Assembly (NCBI GenBank): GCA_001776505.1 | Contig: MFBV01000032.1 | Span: 1-53,558 of the forward strand | Source: Candidatus Curtissbacteria bacterium RIFCSPLOWO2_02_FULL_40_11 | GTDB lineage: Bacteria > Patescibacteriota > Microgenomatia > Curtissbacterales > GWA2-41-24 | Direction: 5' to 3' | DNA: 53,558 nt | Part shown: positions 17,751 to 24,662 of the stretch, piece by piece | How positions within the stretch are numbered: position 1 is the stretch's first letter | Layout of the letters: each line of letters starts with the position of its first letter | Made by a program: the position numbers and the translations under genes | The notes under the pieces: generated by a model | What the model saw: the letters and a program-made list of their open reading frames with translations, nothing else | Databases searched by the model: none | Told to the model about the DNA's origin: nothing

Positions 17751-20700
17751 ACGAATTAATCGACTTTGATTCCTTAAAACTAACACTTGCTTCGCAAGAC
17801 GACATTAAAACATGGTCATTTGGAGAAGTTACTAAACCAGAAACGATTAACTACCGAACATTAAAACCGGAAAAAGATGGACTGTTCGATGAGAGAATCT
17901 TTGGTCCGACTAAAGATTGGGAATGCTACTGCGGAAAATACAAAAGAATTAGATACAGAGGCATAATTTGTGATAAGTGTGGCGTTGAGGTTACACAATC
18001 ACGTGTAAGAAGAGAAAGGATGGGGCATATTACGCTTGCTGCTCCGGTAGTCCATAGCTGGTTCTTCAAAGGAAGTCCTTCTAAACTAGGCTTACTACTC
18101 GATATTTCTCCAAGAAGTTTGGATGCAGTAGTTTACTTTGCATCATATTTGATAATTGAGGTTGACGACGAAAAGAAAAAAGACGTTCTCAAAAAATTAC
18201 AAGCAGAACTCGAGAAAAAACGTAAAGAACAGCAAGTTTTACTAAAACAAAAATTAGATGAAGAAGAAAAAGCAACCAAAAAAGAAGTCACACAGATGAA
18301 GTCCAAAGGAAAAGTAAAAGAGCAAACAGATATTAAGATCGAAGAATTACAGCTTAATATGAGACAAAGGCAAGCTCATCTTAGGGAAGAATCTTCTCGG
18401 GAGATATCACGATTAGAAGAAATATACAAAAACATTATGGATATGGTCAAATCTGTTAAAGTATTTGATCTTCTAAGCGAAGAGGAATATCTAAAATTAT
18501 ATGATTACAACGCTGAATCATTTCTTAAAGTCGGCATGGGAGCAGAGACAGTTCTAAAAGCACTAGAAAAATTTGATCTCTCCAAATTGGCACTTACACT
18601 AAGAGAAGAAATCGCCAGTTCAACCGGCCAAAAACATATCAAGGCGACTAAAAGATTGAGAGTTGTTGAGGGTATGAGAAAAGCCGAGCTTTCACCAAAC
18701 TGGATGATTATTAAAATTCTACCAGTACTACCGCCGGATTTAAGACCTATGGTGCAGCTTTCAGGTGGTAGATTTGCAACATCCGACTTAAACGATCTTT
18801 ACAGAAGAGTAATTAATAGAAATAACCGACTCAAGAAATTAATTGAACTTGGTGCTCCGGATATTATTCTTAGAAATGAAAAACGCATGCTTCAGGAGGC
18901 AGTGGATGCGCTCATTGATTCGCAAAGAGTAAAAACTACTCGTGCTTCACAAGAGCTCAGATCACTTTCTGATATGCTTCGCGGCAAGCAAGGTAGATTT
19001 AGGCAGAATCTTTTAGGTAAAAGAGTTGATTATTCTGGTAGGTCAGTTATAGTAGTCGGTCCGGAACTCCGCTTAAACCAAGCTGGTATTCCTAAAGAAA
19101 TGGCACTCGAAATGTTTAAACCTTTTATTCTAAGAGAAATAATTGCACGGGGATATGCACCAAATGTTAAAAGCGCCAAACATTACTTGGAGCGAAGAAG
19201 TAGTGAAGTATGGGATATTTTAGATGAGATAACCAAAAACCACCCAATTCTTTTGAATCGCGCCCCCACATTGCATAGATTAGGTATCCAAGCATTTTAC
19301 CCAATATTAATTGAAGGCAATGCCATACGAATTCACCCATGTATTTGTGCCGGGTTCAATGCTGATTTTGACGGCGACCAAATGGCAGTGCATGTTCCTC
19401 TTTCAGAAAAATCTAAGGAAGAAGCACATAGATTGATGTTGGCTGCAAGGAATTTAGTAAGACCATCCGACGGTTCACCAATTACTTTACCAAACAAGGA
19501 AATGGCCCTAGGTGCTTATTACTTAACCTCAATAGACGAGAAGCTTCCCGATTACGATAGCATCTTTGCAGATGAAGATGAAGTGTTATTGGCCTTAAAC
19601 ACTGAGAAAATTGCTCTGAGACAAAAGATCAACGTGTTTATTGGTAAAAAAGTAATTTTAACAACTACGGGAAGAGTTTTGTTTAACAAACAACTGCCCC
19701 AAAGTATGCGATTTATCAATGAAACAATTTCTGCCGGGAGGATAAAACAGCTCATTAATGTTGCTATTGATAAATTCCCGGAAGAAGAAGTCACGGATCT
19801 TATAGACCGACTTAAAGAGTTAGGTTTTGAAGGTGCGACACACTCAGGGCTTTCTGTTTCGGTTTTTGATTGTATGATTGTTGACGATAAGGAGAAGATT
19901 ATTCAAAAAGCAGATAAAGAAGTCGAAGGAATAGAGAAGAATTTCAGCGTCGGTTTGATCACTAAAGATGAACAAAAGAGGCTTTCGCAGGAAGTTTGGT
20001 TGTCTGTTACCAATGAGCTTGCCGATTTAACATGGAGGAGTTTAAGAGAAGATAATTCGATAAAAATTATTTCCGATTCAGGTGGTTCTAGGGCAACTGC
20101 TGAACAGATAAAGCAACTTTCAGCAATGAGAGGATTAGTCACCGATCCTTCGGGGCAAATTGTTCCACTTCCTATTAAGTCTAACTTCAGAGAGGGTCTT
20201 TCAGTTTTTGAATACTTTACAAGCGCTCGTGGTGCGAGAAAAGGTCTTGCAGACAGAGCTATTAAAACTGCAGAATCTGGTTATCTAACAAGAAGATTAG
20301 TTGATGTTGCACATGATGCCATTATTAGGCTTAAAGATTGTGGTACTAAAGAAAGTATCGTTGTTTCAAAATCAGATAAGCGACAAATGCCGTTTACTTT
20401 AAGATTATTCGGAAGAGTTGTTGCTGACGATATTAAATCACCTAAGGGTAAAAAATTATTAGTAAAAGCGAATACTCTTTTAGAAGAAGAACACGTTAAA
20501 GCAATCGACGAGGCAAATGTAGAAGAAGTAAATATCAGATCACCTCTCATCTGTGAAGCCAGATACGGTTTGTGTGCCCTGTGTTACGGGAGAGATCTGG
20601 TTAGCAGAGAGCTTGTTTCTATTGGTACCCCAGTTGGAGTCATTGCAGCTCAATCTATTGGAGAACCAGGCACCCAGCTCACCATGAGAACATTTCATAC

Positions 20701-21433
20701 AGGTGGAATTGTAGGTCTAGATATTACTCAGGGGCTACCTAGAGTCGAAGAGCTATTTGAAGCAAGGACTCCGAAATATATTGCTCAAATTTCGGAAATT
20801 TCGGGGAAAGTAAAAATCGAAGAGAAAGCTGACGAAATTGTTGTCAAAGTTAAGAGCACAAATCTAAAACCTCAAGTCGAAAAAGAATATTCTATTCCAC
20901 CAACAGCCGAGTTTTCTGTTGAAGATGGCCAACTTATTGTAGCGGGGACGCCTCTTTCAACAGGATATTTGGATGTCAAAGAAGTTCTATCAATTTCAGG
21001 TTTAAGAGCTGCTCAAAAATACATAACCAATGGTTGTCAAGAAGTATACGAAAGCCAGGGGGTAGCTATTAACGACAAGCATTTCGAAGTGATTGTCAAG
21101 AAAATGAGTGAAAAAGTGAAAGTAGAAACTTCTGGCGATACAGTACTTCTACCTGGTGAATTAATTGATAAGAATCGTTTTCAAGAAGAAAATGCTAAAG
21201 TAATGGCAGAAGGTGGAGAACCTGCAACAGCTCAGGTAATTCTCTTGGGTATTACAAGGACTGCACTTTACACAGAAAGCTTTCTATCTGCTGCTTCATT
21301 CCAAGAAACTACCAGAATTCTCACAGATGCTGCTATAGAGGGTAAAATAGACAGGCTATTAGGTCTCAAAGAGAATGTTATTATTGGAAGATTGATCCCA
21401 ACCAGCGAACAAAGAGCTACTATAAAGAATTAG
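17747..21433 (+). CDS. rpoC: DNA-directed RNA polymerase subunit beta'
   Basis: Zn finger CYCGKYKRIRYRGIICDKCGVEV, catalytic NADFDGDQMAVH, trigger-loop and bridge-helix blocks; K/E-rich coiled-coil insertion after the clamp. Confidence 0.98.
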   Translation: MNELIDFDSLKLTLASQDDIKTWSFGEVTKPETINYRTLKPEKDGLFDERIFGPTKDWECYCGKYKRIRYRGIICDKCGVEVTQSRVRRERMGHITLAAPVVHSWFFKGSPSKLGLLLDISPRSLDAVVYFASYLIIEVDDEKKKDVLKKLQAELEKKRKEQQVLLKQKLDEEEKATKKEVTQMKSKGKVKEQTDIKIEELQLNMRQRQAHLREESSREISRLEEIYKNIMDMVKSVKVFDLLSEEEYLKLYDYNAESFLKVGMGAETVLKALEKFDLSKLALTLREEIASSTGQKHIKATKRLRVVEGMRKAELSPNWMIIKILPVLPPDLRPMVQLSGGRFATSDLNDLYRRVINRNNRLKKLIELGAPDIILRNEKRMLQEAVDALIDSQRVKTTRASQELRSLSDMLRGKQGRFRQNLLGKRVDYSGRSVIVVGPELRLNQAGIPKEMALEMFKPFILREIIARGYAPNVKSAKHYLERRSSEVWDILDEITKNHPILLNRAPTLHRLGIQAFYPILIEGNAIRIHPCICAGFNADFDGDQMAVHVPLSEKSKEEAHRLMLAARNLVRPSDGSPITLPNKEMALGAYYLTSIDEKLPDYDSIFADEDEVLLALNTEKIALRQKINVFIGKKVILTTTGRVLFNKQLPQSMRFINETISAGRIKQLINVAIDKFPEEEVTDLIDRLKELGFEGATHSGLSVSVFDCMIVDDKEKIIQKADKEVEGIEKNFSVGLITKDEQKRLSQEVWLSVTNELADLTWRSLREDNSIKIISDSGGSRATAEQIKQLSAMRGLVTDPSGQIVPLPIKSNFREGLSVFEYFTSARGARKGLADRAIKTAESGYLTRRLVDVAHDAIIRLKDCGTKESIVVSKSDKRQMPFTLRLFGRVVADDIKSPKGKKLLVKANTLLEEEHVKAIDEANVEEVNIRSPLICEARYGLCALCYGRDLVSRELVSIGTPVGVIAAQSIGEPGTQLTMRTFHTGGIVGLDITQGLPRVEELFEARTPKYIAQISEISGKVKIEEKADEIVVKVKSTNLKPQVEKEYSIPPTAEFSVEDGQLIVAGTPLSTGYLDVKEVLSISGLRAAQKYITNGCQEVYESQGVAINDKHFEVIVKKMSEKVKVETSGDTVLLPGELIDKNRFQEENAKVMAEGGEPATAQVILLGITRTALYTESFLSAASFQETTRILTDAAIEGKIDRLLGLKENVIIGRLIPTSEQRATIKN

Positions 21434-21478
21434 CAAAACTCGACACTTCATAAAATGGTTGATATAATTCGTCGATCT

Positions 21479-21575
21479 AATTTAATTTGAATCTAGCTTT
21501 GCTTGTTCAAATTTTTCCTATAAGGGAAAGAGGAATATTAAGGAGAAAACCGTAGGTTGTCTCCTTAAAGTAGTT
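21479..21575 (+). promoter_or_regulatory. conserved structured leader/operator, copy 1 (upstream of rpsL)
   Basis: About 85 percent identical to 41447-41547; hairpins TTTGAA..TTCAAA, TTCCT..AGGAA, AAGGAGA-AACC-GTA-GGTT-TCTCCTT. Confidence 0.75.
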
Positions 21576-22076
21576 ATGCCAACAGTAAATCAATTAGTAA
21601 GATACGGCAGAAAATCGAAAGAAAAACGTATTAAAGCCACGGCTCTTCGCCGAGCTTTCAATACAAACACTAATCGATATGTTTTTTACCCATCACCTCA
21701 AAAAAGAGGAGTTTGTGTAATTGTAAAAACAATGACTCCCAAGAAACCAAATTCTGCACTTCGAAAAGTTGCTCGAGTTCGACTGTCAAACAAACAGGAG
21801 GTTACAGCGTACATTCCTGGTATGGGTCATGAGCTTGCGGAACATTCTATTGTAATGGTACGTGGGGGAAGAGTCCAAGATTTACCGGGAGTGAAATATC
21901 ACATTGTTCGCGGTAAATACGACACTACCGGTGTTGCAAATAGAAAGCAAGGCAGATCACTATATGGAACTAAAAAATCTGGAGCGGTAAGTACAACTCA
22001 AGCAGCAGTATCTGCAGGAGCTTCTGTTGCAACTCAAGATCAGCCTAAACAAGAATTAGCGGGAGGAGAATCATAA
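21576..22076 (+). CDS. rpsL: 30S ribosomal protein S12 with about 30-aa C-terminal extension
   Basis: [37 protein letters not shown] motifs. Confidence 0.97.
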   Translation: MPTVNQLVRYGRKSKEKRIKATALRRAFNTNTNRYVFYPSPQKRGVCVIVKTMTPKKPNSALRKVARVRLSNKQEVTAYIPGMGHELAEHSIVMVRGGRVQDLPGVKYHIVRGKYDTTGVANRKQGRSLYGTKKSGAVSTTQAAVSAGASVATQDQPKQELAGGES

Positions 22077-22573
22077 TGCCAAGAACAGGTAAAGTTGAAA
22101 GAAGAAAAACTTCCCCAGATCCTCTTTATCAAAATCTATTAGTTGCAAAACTTATTAACAAAGTTTTGAAACAGGGCAAAAAAACCATTGCTCAAACTAT
22201 AGTTTATGAATCTTTCAATAATATTCGGGCCGGCGGCAAAGACCCACTGCAAACTTTTGAAAAGGCTGTAGAAAATGCTACCCCTAAAATGGAAGTAAGA
22301 CCTAGGCGTGTAGGTGGTGCTTCTTATATGGTGCCGATGGAGGTTAGAGGACCTCGTCGCCAAGCTCTTGCTCTAAATTGGCTTATTACAGCAGCCCGAA
22401 ATCGCCAACTACCAGAAGTAAAAGATCGGCCAAAAAATAAACCAGTTATGATAACCAAACTTTCACAAGAAATACTGGACGCTGCCAATGGTGAAGGCGG
22501 AGCAGTTTCCAAAAAAGCAGAAATGCACAGAATGGCAGAAGCGAATAAGGCGTTTGCCCACTTTAGATGGTAA
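22076..22573 (+). CDS. rpsG: 30S ribosomal protein S7
   Basis: PDPLYQN, VEVRPRRVGGASYMVP, MAEANKAFAHFRW. Confidence 0.97.
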   Translation: MPRTGKVERRKTSPDPLYQNLLVAKLINKVLKQGKKTIAQTIVYESFNNIRAGGKDPLQTFEKAVENATPKMEVRPRRVGGASYMVPMEVRGPRRQALALNWLITAARNRQLPEVKDRPKNKPVMITKLSQEILDAANGEGGAVSKKAEMHRMAEANKAFAHFRW

Positions 22574-22580
22574 TTATCCA

Positions 22581-23030
22581 ATGTCAGAAACTAAAGCCGA
22601 GGAAACCAAAGTAGAATCCCGAAGGGTTACAAGCTTCGATCAGTTAAAGCCAAGAAAATTATATAGATTGCATTCTCATGACAGAAACGGCCAGAGAGAA
22701 GTAGTTGAAGTTAACACAAAAGATTTTTACATAGAAGAACCGGTTGACCCAAATGCACGTGAATTCAGATTTAAAGGATTAATTTATGTGAGGATACCAA
22801 ATAAAATTAAGACAGAAGGTTTAGATCTATTTGATTCGATTAGGTTACACGAATTTGGATTAGTATTTGTTAAAGGTTCCAATGAGGAACTTATAAGACA
22901 AGGGCATAAAGCTCTATCTGATTCCTATATTGTTGTTGAAGATCCATCAAAGGGAATTGGTAGCCCAACACATTCAGATCCTAGTTACAATAATTGGGTG
23001 GAGGAAATTAGCGACAGGGTAACAAAGTAG
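22581..23030 (+). CDS. hypothetical protein (island gene 1; ATG 22581)
   Basis: 149-aa ORF 7 nt after the rpsG stop; no recognisable motif. Confidence 0.5.
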   Translation: MSETKAEETKVESRRVTSFDQLKPRKLYRLHSHDRNGQREVVEVNTKDFYIEEPVDPNAREFRFKGLIYVRIPNKIKTEGLDLFDSIRLHEFGLVFVKGSNEELIRQGHKALSDSYIVVEDPSKGIGSPTHSDPSYNNWVEEISDRVTK

Positions 23031-23065
23031 CTTGTAATACAAGTTTTGCTGCCTAAAATGCCTAA

Positions 23066-23819
23066 AAGGGACGGTCCTTGAAAAAGTTGTTATATCAACC
23101 TAAATCAAGCAATTTTATTTAGTTTTAGCCCTCATATATTTCTTTTGTGCATATGTAGCAAATTTAACGTTCCCCATTACAGCCTCTTCCTTCTCAAATA
23201 ATTTTTCAATAGCACTCAAATCCTCTGAAATTCCGTTAATGATAAATTTCTCATATTCCTTCCTTGAGTTTTCAGTTTTCCCAATCAATCTAATGATATT
23301 TTTATCAAGGAAATGGAGTTGTTCTTTACCAAGAGCTTCTCTGATACTGCTGTATTTGTAATCTAATGGATTTTTGGCTAAGTTAGCTTTAACCGGATTT
23401 AGGTAGATATACTGGGAAAGTTTTAAGAAATATGAATCATTTTCAATGAGGATACTTTTAAATCTGTTTTGAAACACAGGTCCGAAGTGTTCATATTTTC
23501 GATTGAAATACATTGAATAACTTGTTCCCAAGGACGCCATTATCTTTGAGATTGGAACTTTGCGCGTCTGAATCGAAATATGGAAATGGTTTGGCATTAG
23601 ACAAAAAGCATAAAGAGAATGGTCGTACTTGTTTTTTAAGTCATTAAGTTTTCTTAAAAAGAATTGATAATCAGGTTCTGAAATAAAAATAGGTTGTTTG
23701 TTGATGCCCCTATTAAAGACGTGATAGAAAGCATCTGTGAATACGAACCGTGCGCCTCTAGGCATAGAATGTATGTTAATTTTAGCCTATTGCATGAGGC
23801 TTTTCAAGGACCGTCCCTT
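23066..23819. mobile_element. minimal IS200/RayT-like unit: Y1 transposase gene bracketed by perfect 19-bp inverted repeats
   Basis: AAGGGACGGTCCTTGAAAA at 23066-23084 and its exact reverse complement at 23801-23819; each repeat contains a small imperfect palindrome. Confidence 0.8.
23115..23765 (-). CDS. HUH Y1 transposase, IS200-like / REP-associated (RayT-like, COG1943)
   Basis: YHVFNRG, HUH motif LMPNHFHI, catalytic-Tyr context YIYLNPVKANL. Confidence 0.85.
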   Translation of the reverse strand: MPRGARFVFTDAFYHVFNRGINKQPIFISEPDYQFFLRKLNDLKNKYDHSLYAFCLMPNHFHISIQTRKVPISKIMASLGTSYSMYFNRKYEHFGPVFQNRFKSILIENDSYFLKLSQYIYLNPVKANLAKNPLDYKYSSIREALGKEQLHFLDKNIIRLIGKTENSRKEYEKFIINGISEDLSAIEKLFEKEEAVMGNVKFATYAQKKYMRAKTK

Positions 23820-23846
23820 CATACTTCATAGTTTTGGTTTTGTATG

Positions 23847-23875
23847 TTCACTAATATTTAGCCCTATGGTATAAT
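23847..23875 (+). promoter_or_regulatory. promoter TTCACT-N17-TATAAT with extended -10 TG
   Basis: tatggTATAAT at 23865-23875, just outside the right inverted repeat, reading toward fusA. Confidence 0.55.
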
Positions 23876-23964
23876 CCTCGCTTGTCGTAGTTGAAAAACC
23901 TTAACGATTTCTGATCTAATGGAAATTAGGTAAAAAAACTTGTCCTGATAGGCAACGACGAAGA

Positions 23965-24231
23965 ATGGCAATAACACGCACACAAAAATTAAAACAGCTA
24001 AAGGTAAAGCTTCACGATCTTGAAGAAGTTAAGCTAAAAGATGCACTTGCAAAATATGGTGAAGCTTATCAAGATTCGGGTGGAGCTTGGCAGGAAAATG
24101 CCGCTTGGGAGCTAGCAGACGAAGAAATTTCTGTTCTTCGTGCTATGATTCAAGAAGTCAAAAAAGAAATTAAGGCATTGGAGAACCCATCCTCAATATC
24201 CACTACTGCCAAAAATATAAAATCCAAATAA
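23965..24231 (+). CDS. Gre-factor N-terminal coiled-coil-only protein (no C-terminal globular domain)
   Basis: GGAWQENAAWELADEEISVLRAMIQEVKKEI aligns with the GreA tip and helix 2 ([30 protein letters not shown]); 88 aa in total. Confidence 0.5.
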   Translation: MAITRTQKLKQLKVKLHDLEEVKLKDALAKYGEAYQDSGGAWQENAAWELADEEISVLRAMIQEVKKEIKALENPSSISTTAKNIKSK

Positions 24232-24241
24232 AAATTTTACT

Positions 24242-24571
24242 ATGCCTAAAGAAGCTGGACAACAGCAATATTGTATTACAATAGATCGAGACCAGGTGCC
24301 TTCAATTAGTGTCCTAGAAGCTGTATCAGAAGTTGCACTATTAGGCGCAATCAGATTAGTTGAGCTTCTTCCCTACATTGATGCAAAAAACGATGAAACT
24401 TTTCAAAAATTCAAGTCTGACGTAAAAAAGATTATAGCAATGGCGATTATGTCCCTCGAGGTGCGTTTCGTAAAAGGTAGAGGCTGGGAAGTTCCAGAAG
24501 ATCATCCGATGGTAGACCCTTTGAGTTTAGAAGAAATGAAATCACGAGCAATTCAAATCCATCAAATCTAA
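24242..24571 (+). CDS. hypothetical protein (island gene 4)
   Basis: 109-aa ORF with no recognisable motif. Confidence 0.45.
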   Translation: MPKEAGQQQYCITIDRDQVPSISVLEAVSEVALLGAIRLVELLPYIDAKNDETFQKFKSDVKKIIAMAIMSLEVRFVKGRGWEVPEDHPMVDPLSLEEMKSRAIQIHQI

Positions 24572-24576
24572 ATATT

Positions 24577-24654
24577 ATGGCGGACAAAACAAACAGACTT
24601 TATCCACTCGACCAAATCCGCAATAAATCAGAGGAGACTAGAAAATACAATTAG
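24577..24654 (+). pseudogene. ghost fusA 5' end (16 codons) fused to unrelated sequence
   Basis: MADKTNRLYPLDQIRN vs live [16 protein letters not shown] (13 of 16 aa, 31 of 48 nt); diverges exactly before the G1 motif and stops after 25 codons. Confidence 0.8.
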
Positions 24655-24662
24655 AGACAACA

